Positions 19,271-29,029 of a stretch of DNA of 64,000 nt are shown one piece after another (within the stretch, counting starts at the first letter, position 1; each line of letters opens with the position of its first letter). Where the stretch lies: the IMG/VR virus record IMGVR_UViG_3300012954_000007; one strand, 5' to 3'. The stretch comes from a virus. The notes beneath the pieces were generated by a model. That model had not been told where the DNA came from. It did no database searches and saw only the letters and a list, made by a program, of their open reading frames with translations. The position numbers were made by a program, and so were the translations under genes.

Positions 19271-21124
19271 ATGGCAAACAATAAAATATCATATTCGGAA
19301 AGAGACTTTGTTGGTTTAAGGGGTGAACTTTTAAACTATGTTAATGACCAGTATCCAGATTTAATACAAAACGCTAATGACGCTTCTCTATTTTCTGTTT
19401 TTTTAGATTTAAACGCAGCGATAGGAGATAATTTACATTACCATATAGATAGAAGTTTACAAGAAACTGTTTTACAATACGCTAACCAGAGGTCTTCACT
19501 TTATAATATTGCTAGAACTTATGGTTTAAAAATACCAGGTACTAGACCTTCAGTTTCAGTTTGTGATTTTAGTATTACCGTACCAGTATTACAAACTTCG
19601 GGAGGGGGTGACAAAGAAGATTTTAGATATTTAGGAACTTTAAGAAGAGGTTCACAAGTGAAAGGTGCTGGGCAAGTATTTGAAAATATTCATGACATAG
19701 ATTTTTCAGTACCATTCGACTCAACAGGATTCCCAAATAGAACTAAGACACCTAATTTTAATAATAACGGTACTATTGTAAGTTACACTATAACTAAAAG
19801 AGAAGTTGTTATAAATGGAATCACTAAAGTATTTAAAAGAGTTATTAATAGTACAGACATTTTACCTTTTTTAAAAGTTTATTTACCCGAAAAAAATGTA
19901 TTAGGTGTTACAGGAGTAATTCAAAAAGACGGTACTAACATTCAAGCTGTACCTAAAGCTACTGAGTTTTTAACTTCACAAAATAAATGGTATGAAGTAG
20001 ACGCGTTAGCTCAAGACAAAGTTTTTATAGTTGATAGTAGTAAACCATCAGATTTACCTGGTGTTAAAGTGGGTAAATGGCAAAATGTAAACCAAAGGTT
20101 TATTACAGAGTATACCCCTGAAGGTTTTTTCTATTTAACTTTGGGTGGGGGAACCAGTAGTGCACAAGACAGTTTAGATGATTTTACTAGTCAAGAATTT
20201 ACTATGGATTTGAGTAAATATATGAATAATTTATCTCTAGGTTCATCACCTAAAGCAAATACAACTTTATTCATACAATATAGAGTGGGTGGGGGACAAT
20301 CTACAAATATAGGACCTAATACTTTAAATAGTTTTGGAACAATTGATTTTGTATTGAATGGACCTAACATTAATCTTAATAGGTCAGTTAATGAGTCTTT
20401 AACAGTTAACAATGTGACAGCCGCTATAGGTGGGTCAAATCAACCCACAGTAGAAGAAATTAGAAATTACATAGGATTTAATTTTTCATCACAAAAAAGA
20501 GCGGTTACTTTATCAGACTATAAAGTATTAATAGAAACAATGCCTTCGGTATTTGGTGCACCAGCTAAATGTGGTTTAATGGAAGTAGAAAATAAAGTAA
20601 TGATTAAATTACTTTCATATAACACTGATGGTTCTTTAACCTCTAATGTTAGTACTACTTTAATGAATAACATTAGTGAATATCTATCCGATTACAGAAT
20701 GTTAAATGATTACATTAGTATAGAACCCGCAGAAGTTATAGACCTATCTTTAGAAATCGACCTACTAATAGACCCTTCTTTTAATAGTGGAGTAATAATA
20801 ACCAACGTTATTAATACAACAAATGACTTTTTCGCACCTAAAAATAGAGAAATGGGTACTGATATTTTTGTTGGTGAACTAATCAAAAATCTAGCGTCTC
20901 AAGACGGTGTTAAAAATTTAATAGATTTAAGAATATATAACAAAGTAGGGGGTGAGTACTCCAGTAACGAAGTTTCCCAAAGATACCTAGACGACGCTAC
21001 AAAACAAATAGAATTAATTGACGGAGTTATTTTTTCACAACCTACACAATCATTTCAAGTCAAATACCCAACCAAAGACGTTATAGTTAGAGTTAAGTCT
21101 ACAAATCAAACAACAGTATCTTAA
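19271..21124 (+). CDS. Baseplate wedge subunit (T4 gp6 / Baseplate J-like)
   Basis: YSERDF..LR..L, A.QRSSLYNIARTYG, YRVGGG...N, AIGG....TVEEIR and QKRAVTLSDY. Follows gp25. Confidence 0.88.
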   Translation: MANNKISYSERDFVGLRGELLNYVNDQYPDLIQNANDASLFSVFLDLNAAIGDNLHYHIDRSLQETVLQYANQRSSLYNIARTYGLKIPGTRPSVSVCDFSITVPVLQTSGGGDKEDFRYLGTLRRGSQVKGAGQVFENIHDIDFSVPFDSTGFPNRTKTPNFNNNGTIVSYTITKREVVINGITKVFKRVINSTDILPFLKVYLPEKNVLGVTGVIQKDGTNIQAVPKATEFLTSQNKWYEVDALAQDKVFIVDSSKPSDLPGVKVGKWQNVNQRFITEYTPEGFFYLTLGGGTSSAQDSLDDFTSQEFTMDLSKYMNNLSLGSSPKANTTLFIQYRVGGGQSTNIGPNTLNSFGTIDFVLNGPNINLNRSVNESLTVNNVTAAIGGSNQPTVEEIRNYIGFNFSSQKRAVTLSDYKVLIETMPSVFGAPAKCGLMEVENKVMIKLLSYNTDGSLTSNVSTTLMNNISEYLSDYRMLNDYISIEPAEVIDLSLEIDLLIDPSFNSGVIITNVINTTNDFFAPKNREMGTDIFVGELIKNLASQDGVKNLIDLRIYNKVGGEYSSNEVSQRYLDDATKQIELIDGVIFSQPTQSFQVKYPTKDVIVRVKSTNQTTVS

Positions 21125-21198
21125 TTAGTTTACATATTTCAGTCTACCATTAAATTTGATTTTGAGTAAATAACTATTTATTTTATAAAGAATCAAGT

Positions 21199-24100
21199 AT
21201 GCCTAAATCATATAGGATTAAAGCCCAACCTAACGAAGACAAAAATATTTTTGTTAACTTAGAACAAGACTTTGACCAACTAGAAATATTAAGTTTAAAG
21301 ATAGTCAAGTCAGATGTCTATTCTAGAACCTGTGCTGATTACGGGGTTGTAGTTGGTCGTGCACAAGCAAATGGGGGTTTTGGGATACCTAACGCTAAAG
21401 TATCTATTTTTATACCTATAACAGAAGAAGATGAAGAGGACGAAGTTATATCTCAATTATACCCTTTTAAAAAAGTAACTGACAAAAATGAAGAAGGTTA
21501 TAGGTATAATTTATTACCTAAAGAATCAGAAAGTTGTAATCATGTAGCCACTGGTAATTTTTTTACTCCTGAAGAAGTAATTAATAATCCAGTAATCTTA
21601 GAAGTTTTTGAAAAATATTATAAATTTACCACTAAAACTAATGAAAGTGGTGATTATATGTTGTGGGGTGTACCGTTAGGTAATCAAACTATTCACACTA
21701 GTATTGATGTTAGTGATATTGGATGTTATTCTATGAGACCCTACCAGTTTATTCGACAAGGTGAAAGTGAATCTAAATTTGAAAGTTCCTTAGAGTTTAA
21801 AACTTCTGAAAACTTAGACACACTACCCCAAATAGTTATACAAAATAAAGCGATTCAAGTAGTTCCATTTTGGGGTGATGAAAGTTTATGTGGTGTTGGG
21901 ATAAGTAGGGTAGATTTTGACCTTAGAGATTCTGGTGTTGAAATAGAACCGAGTGCTACATTTATGGGTTCTATTATTACAGATGATGATAATAATTATG
22001 TTTCTATAGAAGGAATGCCTGCTAAAGAACAAGGACAGTTATGTAATTTAACTACTGGTACTGGAACTATAGAAGCTATTAGACATACAATTTTAAAAGA
22101 AGAAGATGGATGTACACCCAAACTAGAAAAATTCAATTTAGATAATGGTGGTAAAGTAATTGATGGAAATGGAGCATGGGTAACACAATTACCCATGAAC
22201 TTAGATTTTGTAGTTACTAACGAGTATGGTCAACAAGTAGTTTCTGATGACCCTAAGGTAGGTATTGCTACTAAAGCAAAATATAGATTTAGAGTTTCTT
22301 TTGATGGTGCAGGAGGTGAGGTAAGAAGTGGTAGGTACTTAGTACCAAACATTAGAGAATATGACGGAACTACCAATAAAGATAAATCCTATTCTTTTTC
22401 AGACAAATTAGAAGACTATCCAGAAGTAACCCTACCAGAAGATATATACGGTTCTCCGGCAAATCAATGTACAGATTATTTTTATGAATTTCTGCCAAAC
22501 CGAGTATATAGTGTCGCTAATTTTATAGACAATTATAGACAAAATGTTAATTCTGGGGGGAATAGAAGAGGTAATAGTAGATGGAGATTTTTGGGTATTA
22601 AATCTATAAATCCTCCAGCAGAAAGTAGATGTACCGATATAACTAAAGAATTTCCAGTTAACGATGCGTTTAGAGGTGGTAGTACTAGATTTTCTACAGC
22701 ACAAATAACTAGACTTTTACAAGTCATAACATTAACAATCGCAGCATCCCTTATAAGTTACCAATTAGTAGCATTATTAGTTCAATTTGGACAACTGTGT
22801 TTAAAATCTGCTGGTACAGCTTCATTAGTTACAGTAGGTACTGTAGCTTCAGCTTCTGTAATAGATTTACCTGTAGGAGCTGCTTTATTAACTAATTTTT
22901 TAGGTGATATGATTGCTGGATTTATAGCAATACCTATTTTAGGTATAGTTTTCTTTGTACCCATAGCTTGGGGACTAGTAAAAAACTTTTTTGTAGTTAG
23001 AAAGTTATACAATTATCCCAACTGTGAACCCTGTTTTTGTGGGTCAACATTTAGTTTTAATGTGTACGTACTTATAAGTTTATTTATTAATGAAGAAGAT
23101 AAAGTATTACAGGAAACCATAGCGGATGACCCAGACAGTATAAACGATTGTAACCAAGAGAGGTATATGTTAGGATTTGCTGGTGACAATGCGTTTTATT
23201 GGAGGGGAAAACAAGACACTTATCCTAAAGGTTGTTATGTTTTACAATTTAGAGATTCTGTTTTTATTACATTTACAAGTTCTATAGTAGCTTTATCGAT
23301 ACTTTTATATATACCCGTAGCAGGTACTATTGGTATATATATCGCGTTAGGTGCAACATTAATTACATTACTGGTTTTTTGTTTAGAAAGTGTATATAAA
23401 ATGTATAGAAGTCTTAATCAGTGGAGAGTGTTAGCAAACATATATACAGCATTATGTGAAGGAGTATTTAATATGAAATTTAGTAATAATTGGGTTAATG
23501 GTACATTATATTTTCCTAAGTTTTTAACTAAAAAATTAAAAATAAATCAAACAACTGGTGAATCTATACCAGAAAGTTCACAAGTTACCGAATACACAAC
23601 CAGATTAGTAAGGGAAATTAATGAAGAAGATAACACCTATTTTTATTATAGGAGTTGTCCTTACGCACCAGGACTAGGATTCAAAGACCAAAATTTTCCA
23701 GAAGACCAATCTATCGGTCAAATAGCTGCTCATCACGGAATTAATTACCCTACAACTATTGTGGATTTAGGACCATTAGACCCATGTATTAATGATTTAT
23801 GTCGTGACGAAAAAACAGAAGATAGTTGTTTATTTGTTGATAAATTAAAACCTAGTAGTTTTCAACCAACGACAGAGTTATTAGGGATGTTGATAGAAAG
23901 AAAAATTACTACTATAAGTTTAAATGGTAATGGTTATAATTCATTTGTATGGTCTGGTGTAAATAAATGGTTTGGGGCAGACGCTAAACCAGGAGCTTCT
24001 TACGATAGAAACGTTGGTAATAGAAGATTTGGTAGTGATGGTACTGCAGCTAATCCAGGACCTTATCGTAATAGACCTATAGATGGTGACATAGCACAAC

Positions 24101-24666
24101 TACTAGCGACTAATAACCAACTAGGAGTCTCCGTTTTTAGTACAGATTCTAGTGACCCATATTATGGTAGTGGGACCCCCTGGTTTAATCAAAACGGTGG
24201 GCCAATTCCGTATAATTCAGAACCTGTAATTGGGCCAACCAATACCCCATTTGGATTAGTTCCTCGTAGTGTGGACTTAATAAATTGCATTCAAGGAGGA
24301 AGTTTTGGGATACCACAAACACAAGTTGTTCCTTATTATGATTGGGCGTCAAGTGGGTTTGGTAACTTTGATAATGATTATGATTGGAGTGGTATAGCGA
24401 TAAAAGGATACCAACAAGGACTTTCATATACACTTCCTGGTTCAAATCAAATAAATTGGGTTACCCCACCTTATTACGATGGTAGTCCACAACCACCATT
24501 AGGGTTTTTTAATACAATACCTAGTAACAATATAAGTTCACCTACAGGAAGTTTCCGTTTAGGGACAGGAATGTTTTTTTATTTTGGACTTCGTCAAGGA
24601 GCTTCCGCTTATGAAAGATTCATAAACGAATATTTACCACCTAAAGATGATGCAGGAGAACTATAA
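21199..24666 (+). CDS. Large virion-associated protein with N-terminal beta-sandwich region and several central hydrophobic (TM-like) segments
   Basis: GVVVGR....GFGIPNAKVSIF...TTKTNESGDYMLWGVPLGNQTI resembles a carboxypeptidase-regulatory-like fold. Long apolar stretches at ~22714-22980 and ~23257-23385. Confidence 0.6.
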   Translation: MPKSYRIKAQPNEDKNIFVNLEQDFDQLEILSLKIVKSDVYSRTCADYGVVVGRAQANGGFGIPNAKVSIFIPITEEDEEDEVISQLYPFKKVTDKNEEGYRYNLLPKESESCNHVATGNFFTPEEVINNPVILEVFEKYYKFTTKTNESGDYMLWGVPLGNQTIHTSIDVSDIGCYSMRPYQFIRQGESESKFESSLEFKTSENLDTLPQIVIQNKAIQVVPFWGDESLCGVGISRVDFDLRDSGVEIEPSATFMGSIITDDDNNYVSIEGMPAKEQGQLCNLTTGTGTIEAIRHTILKEEDGCTPKLEKFNLDNGGKVIDGNGAWVTQLPMNLDFVVTNEYGQQVVSDDPKVGIATKAKYRFRVSFDGAGGEVRSGRYLVPNIREYDGTTNKDKSYSFSDKLEDYPEVTLPEDIYGSPANQCTDYFYEFLPNRVYSVANFIDNYRQNVNSGGNRRGNSRWRFLGIKSINPPAESRCTDITKEFPVNDAFRGGSTRFSTAQITRLLQVITLTIAASLISYQLVALLVQFGQLCLKSAGTASLVTVGTVASASVIDLPVGAALLTNFLGDMIAGFIAIPILGIVFFVPIAWGLVKNFFVVRKLYNYPNCEPCFCGSTFSFNVYVLISLFINEEDKVLQETIADDPDSINDCNQERYMLGFAGDNAFYWRGKQDTYPKGCYVLQFRDSVFITFTSSIVALSILLYIPVAGTIGIYIALGATLITLLVFCLESVYKMYRSLNQWRVLANIYTALCEGVFNMKFSNNWVNGTLYFPKFLTKKLKINQTTGESIPESSQVTEYTTRLVREINEEDNTYFYYRSCPYAPGLGFKDQNFPEDQSIGQIAAHHGINYPTTIVDLGPLDPCINDLCRDEKTEDSCLFVDKLKPSSFQPTTELLGMLIERKITTISLNGNGYNSFVWSGVNKWFGADAKPGASYDRNVGNRRFGSDGTAANPGPYRNRPIDGDIAQLLATNNQLGVSVFSTDSSDPYYGSGTPWFNQNGGPIPYNSEPVIGPTNTPFGLVPRSVDLINCIQGGSFGIPQTQVVPYYDWASSGFGNFDNDYDWSGIAIKGYQQGLSYTLPGSNQINWVTPPYYDGSPQPPLGFFNTIPSNNISSPTGSFRLGTGMFFYFGLRQGASAYERFINEYLPPKDDAGEL

Positions 24667-26368
24667 ACTAATTCCACCCAATAAACAATATAAAGGAGCT
24701 CCCTTAGTTGACACCATTTTAAATGTAAATTTAGAAGACACTAGTAAACATTTAATTGAAGGTGACATTACGGTACCGTTAAATTTGGCTGAAAGATTCA
24801 ACGATGAAAGACAAAATTTTTCACTATATAGAATTTATGGCAAACTCCAACCCTATATTGAAAATGCGTACTCAGGTAGAGCCGACCAAACAGTATCAAA
24901 TTTAATTTATAATATGTATTTAACCACTAATTATTTTAGTGCTAATACTACAACTAATAGTGTTAATTTTATAGGTTATCCTGACTTTTCAGAATTTGAT
25001 TTTGTTAGAGATGATGTGGATGAGTCGGTTAATGATGAGACTAATTGGAATTTATATGTAACAATACCAACAACCTGTAATGAGTTACAGGAGATGACAT
25101 ATACAGCAGTAGAAGGAGGTAATAGTATGAGTTTTACTGCTTTTGAAGGTATTCCGTACTACATAACAAATAAAAAAGTGGGTGGAAAGAATCTCTTAGA
25201 GTTTACATGTCCAGTACCTCACGGGTTAAAAAAAGGTAATTATGTCAGATTAGACATTAAAGTGCCAAATTATACTTTTGCAAATGGAGTTAATACCTAT
25301 CCTGTATTTAGTTTAGGTAATGGTAAAAGAAAATCAGACAAGTTTGTTTTTAACTTATATATACCCCAAGTAGACATAGGACCCAACCCAATAAATGACG
25401 GAACCCTAGGAGTTTTTAGAAGACAACTAATTAAAAATGATATTAGTAGTTTATCTAATTATTACGTTTTAGTACATGAAATAGTTACTAATGTAGAAGA
25501 TTATCAAATCACTAAATGTGCTTTTGCTGAAGGAGTTTTTAAAAAAGTAGAAAAATTTCAAAGTAAAGAAGAGTCTCCGAACGCGGAGGATAAAATAGTT
25601 ACAAAACAAGCTTATCCTACTTACGTATATACATTCACAAAAGATATAAATGTTAAAAAATATTTAGACAATTTAAAAAGACCAATAACAACTTTGTATG
25701 TTACTGCTTTACTTAGAAACAATTTAGGTTATTTCGATTATCCACCACAATATGGGTGGGGGTGGAACTTCCCATATTCATTTAATGATGGTAATATTGG
25801 TACACAAATAGTCAAAGGAAACCCTAATGACCCACAACCCGTAACAGGAATAATATATACCTACCCAGGAGGTTCACCAGGACCACTTAAATCTGGTTTA
25901 CCTTTAGTTCCTGGTGATAAACTTAGAGGTGCGTTTACCGAGTATAATATGCATGAACTTAAAGAACGTACCATTTCAGATATTAAACATAATTTTAATT
26001 TTAACCCACAAGTCTTTAATGGAGCTGAAGGTTATACCTATAAGCCCCACTACCCAGTTAAAATTAAAGTGTATTCCGATTACATTGAATCAGGAGACCC
26101 CAATAAAATAGCAAACGTGCCAAGTTACTCTACTTATTTTGAAACAGAAAAAACTTGGAAATGGAGAGATATTTATGAGATTGGTTTTGTGGAAGGTACT
26201 AATGGTGTAGATTATCCTTTTCTAAATGCTGCTCACTATCCCAAAACAGATATTAATTTTTTTACTTCTCGTACTGTTAGAAGTAGTGCATTTAATGAAA
26301 ATGCTTCTATAACTTTAAGTGGGGCTAATAATACAATAGAAAACTTTACTGTAGATGGCTGTGAATAA
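24647..26368 (+). CDS. Putative tail/baseplate structural protein
   Basis: 573-aa ORF overlapping both neighbours within the structural operon. No recognisable catalytic motif. Confidence 0.55.
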   Translation: MMQENYKLIPPNKQYKGAPLVDTILNVNLEDTSKHLIEGDITVPLNLAERFNDERQNFSLYRIYGKLQPYIENAYSGRADQTVSNLIYNMYLTTNYFSANTTTNSVNFIGYPDFSEFDFVRDDVDESVNDETNWNLYVTIPTTCNELQEMTYTAVEGGNSMSFTAFEGIPYYITNKKVGGKNLLEFTCPVPHGLKKGNYVRLDIKVPNYTFANGVNTYPVFSLGNGKRKSDKFVFNLYIPQVDIGPNPINDGTLGVFRRQLIKNDISSLSNYYVLVHEIVTNVEDYQITKCAFAEGVFKKVEKFQSKEESPNAEDKIVTKQAYPTYVYTFTKDINVKKYLDNLKRPITTLYVTALLRNNLGYFDYPPQYGWGWNFPYSFNDGNIGTQIVKGNPNDPQPVTGIIYTYPGGSPGPLKSGLPLVPGDKLRGAFTEYNMHELKERTISDIKHNFNFNPQVFNGAEGYTYKPHYPVKIKVYSDYIESGDPNKIANVPSYSTYFETEKTWKWRDIYEIGFVEGTNGVDYPFLNAAHYPKTDINFFTSRTVRSSAFNENASITLSGANNTIENFTVDGCE

Positions 26369-27389
26369 ATTAAAAATAAGAGCAAATCAAATAAAAGATG
26401 GTGTTTATGACCGTCAAATGGTTTTTCCTATGGGTCAAACTTTTGATGAGGTCGGTAGAGAAGATTTAATTCAAACCTACGAAGATGAAACCATAGATAA
26501 ATTAATTGGGATTAAAAAAGATTACGAAGTAGTCAGATATACACAATCCCCACAAGAAAACGGTGACCCTAGTCCTAATTTATTTTATAATTTTAATTTA
26601 GGTGCCATGATAGATTCTAATCTTAGTACTTTTACAACATTATTTCCATCAGAACCTAATTTATCACTTTCACCAGGTCCCCCTTTTGGGTGGGATACTA
26701 ATAACGACCCTTGTCCAGATAAGTTACCTAATTATTATCCAGATAATTCCACCAATACCATTTATTTACCCTATGACCCAAATTTCGTTGGTACCTGGTA
26801 TGGGTATGATTTTCAAAACTTTACACCAGAAGAAACTTACAAAAATAATAAATCTTTTACGAAAAGTTTTTTTAAATTAGATTTATATAATAGTAGAGAT
26901 AGAAAACAACAAAAACTTTTTATTAGTATAATTATTAATCCTATAAACGGTAAAAAAATACTAAGACCAACCCTGAGTGTACAGTGTCCTAGTGAAACTT
27001 TAGATGGGAGATGGAATTGTAGACCAGAAGGAGAACAATTTTGTCCTACACCTAGTTTTGAGTTAGACCCAGTAAATAATAATGAGGGGTACTATATTTA
27101 CTGGTTAAAAGAAAAAACATTTTTAGATTTAGATGTTTTTTATATGAGTTGTAAATTTTACAATGCAAAAACAGGTGAAGTAACACAATTAATTAACACC
27201 CCACAGTCTGATATAAATTTACAAACTAACCAACCATTTAGTATATCTAAAGAAGATTATTATTATTATAGGGTAGTATTAAATCAAGATAGATTTAATT
27301 ATACTATTTATAAAACTAGTGATGGAACTCGTGTAGGTGACGAAGAAAACAATCCTATAAACTTTTACCAGTATTTTAACGCACCATAA
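26355..27389 (+). CDS. Putative structural protein
   Basis: 344 aa, translationally coupled to its neighbours. Contains FTKSFFKLDLY and FYNAKTG blocks. Confidence 0.55.
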   Translation: MAVNKLKIRANQIKDGVYDRQMVFPMGQTFDEVGREDLIQTYEDETIDKLIGIKKDYEVVRYTQSPQENGDPSPNLFYNFNLGAMIDSNLSTFTTLFPSEPNLSLSPGPPFGWDTNNDPCPDKLPNYYPDNSTNTIYLPYDPNFVGTWYGYDFQNFTPEETYKNNKSFTKSFFKLDLYNSRDRKQQKLFISIIINPINGKKILRPTLSVQCPSETLDGRWNCRPEGEQFCPTPSFELDPVNNNEGYYIYWLKEKTFLDLDVFYMSCKFYNAKTGEVTQLINTPQSDINLQTNQPFSISKEDYYYYRVVLNQDRFNYTIYKTSDGTRVGDEENNPINFYQYFNAP

Positions 27390-28993
27390 TGGAGGAATAT
27401 AAATTCACAATAAAAAGAAGATTTTATCCTGGTGGTGAAGAAGTAATGCCACCTAGTTTACCTAAAGGTTACGTACATCAAACCTCACCTACTGTCCCAC
27501 AAGGTCAAAATTGTTTGAATTGTTATTTTTATAATAATAATTTATGTGATTATTGGAATGCTGAGGTAAAAAATGATTATTGGTGTAAAAAGTGGTCAGA
27601 CCCACAAAGTTTAATACAAGATTTACCTGAACCCGCTCCATGTATAACAGGTTTTACTGTCCCTATTACTATAGTAGAAGATTTTAATGATATTGGTGTT
27701 TATACACCATGGGACGGTCTTGTATTACAGAGAGATGTTATCAATAATTTTTTATATACGGGTACTGGATTGTCAGTTACGGTAACTAACACTTCTGATG
27801 TTGATTTTAAAAGATTTTTAACTTTTGCTAATTATACTATTGAATGGGGAGACGGTAACCAAAGTTTTCTAACACTAGACCAACCTTCTAGTACACACGC
27901 TTATTCTTCTGCGGGGGAATATAAATTAACTTTAAAACAAATTAATCCTTGGGGTACCACTCGAATTAATAAAATTATACAATTACCATACGATAGTAAT
28001 GTAAATATAGTTAATCCGTATGGTACCGTAGAAATACAACCCCCTAATTTCGGTGACCCTATAGGGTGTGATGTTGTTTTACAAGATTATATTTTTAGTG
28101 GGGATAGTAATCCGGATGTTTATGATTTTTTTACCTTTAATTATATAGATGTTCCATTTGAAGTAACTGGGTACACCACAACTAGTAACCTAAATTTATT
28201 TTTAGAGTATGGGTCAAACGGATTACCTTCTACAGGTACTAGTATAAATTTAACATCTGACTTAACTGGTGAAATACTTGAGGTTACTCCAGATTACACA
28301 GCTTACACTATAAATGATATAGTATATACTGATTTTAGTGGGGGTACTACGTTATTTAATGCTTTAAGTACTGGAATAAATCCTGATAATGTTGAATGGG
28401 AATGTTGTGATGAAACATTAAGTGACCCTTGTCCCTGTAAAGAAAAAGGTAATACCATACCTAAAGGGGATTATGACCCGAATATAGTTTACATGCAAGG
28501 AGCTACTGTTTCATATGATGAATGTTGTTGGTACTGTAATCCCGAATCATCAGGTGTCTATGAATGTGATGCACCACCCACTTATGGAGATAAAATATGG
28601 GAACCATGTTTACCTTGTTCAGAAAAACAATCTGTACCAAAATCTACAAATAAGGTATTGGAGATAGATGAATATAACCCTTCTTTTACATATAAGATGG
28701 GTCAACAAGTTTCATTTTACGGTGAAATTTATTCTTTTGAAGGTACAAGAATAATAAATGATAGTGGGACTACTGAAGATGTACAAGGGACATCAGGGTG
28801 GATTGAGTTAACTTATAACACCACTTATATAAATGAAGATAACATATCAATAACAGAGACAGTACCATATCAAGATTTAAAAGAAAGATTATGGATTGGT
28901 GGTTATACCACAAACCCTGAATTTGATATTTTAGATTGGGAAGGAAAATCAAAACAACAATTAATTAAATCTACAATTTGGAACAAGTTATGA
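27389..28993 (+). CDS. Structural protein with HiPIP-like Cys motif, PKD domain and CBM5/12-like modules
   Basis: GQNCLNC..C......V...YWCKKW near the N-terminus. PKD pattern YTIEWGDG...HAYSSAGEYKLTL. Y.P...Y..G..V.Y modules in the C-terminal part. Confidence 0.65.
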   Translation: MEEYKFTIKRRFYPGGEEVMPPSLPKGYVHQTSPTVPQGQNCLNCYFYNNNLCDYWNAEVKNDYWCKKWSDPQSLIQDLPEPAPCITGFTVPITIVEDFNDIGVYTPWDGLVLQRDVINNFLYTGTGLSVTVTNTSDVDFKRFLTFANYTIEWGDGNQSFLTLDQPSSTHAYSSAGEYKLTLKQINPWGTTRINKIIQLPYDSNVNIVNPYGTVEIQPPNFGDPIGCDVVLQDYIFSGDSNPDVYDFFTFNYIDVPFEVTGYTTTSNLNLFLEYGSNGLPSTGTSINLTSDLTGEILEVTPDYTAYTINDIVYTDFSGGTTLFNALSTGINPDNVEWECCDETLSDPCPCKEKGNTIPKGDYDPNIVYMQGATVSYDECCWYCNPESSGVYECDAPPTYGDKIWEPCLPCSEKQSVPKSTNKVLEIDEYNPSFTYKMGQQVSFYGEIYSFEGTRIINDSGTTEDVQGTSGWIELTYNTTYINEDNISITETVPYQDLKERLWIGGYTTNPEFDILDWEGKSKQQLIKSTIWNKL

Positions 28994-29029
28994 TATATTA
29001 TAATAAATTAATTCACAAAATAAGTATAA

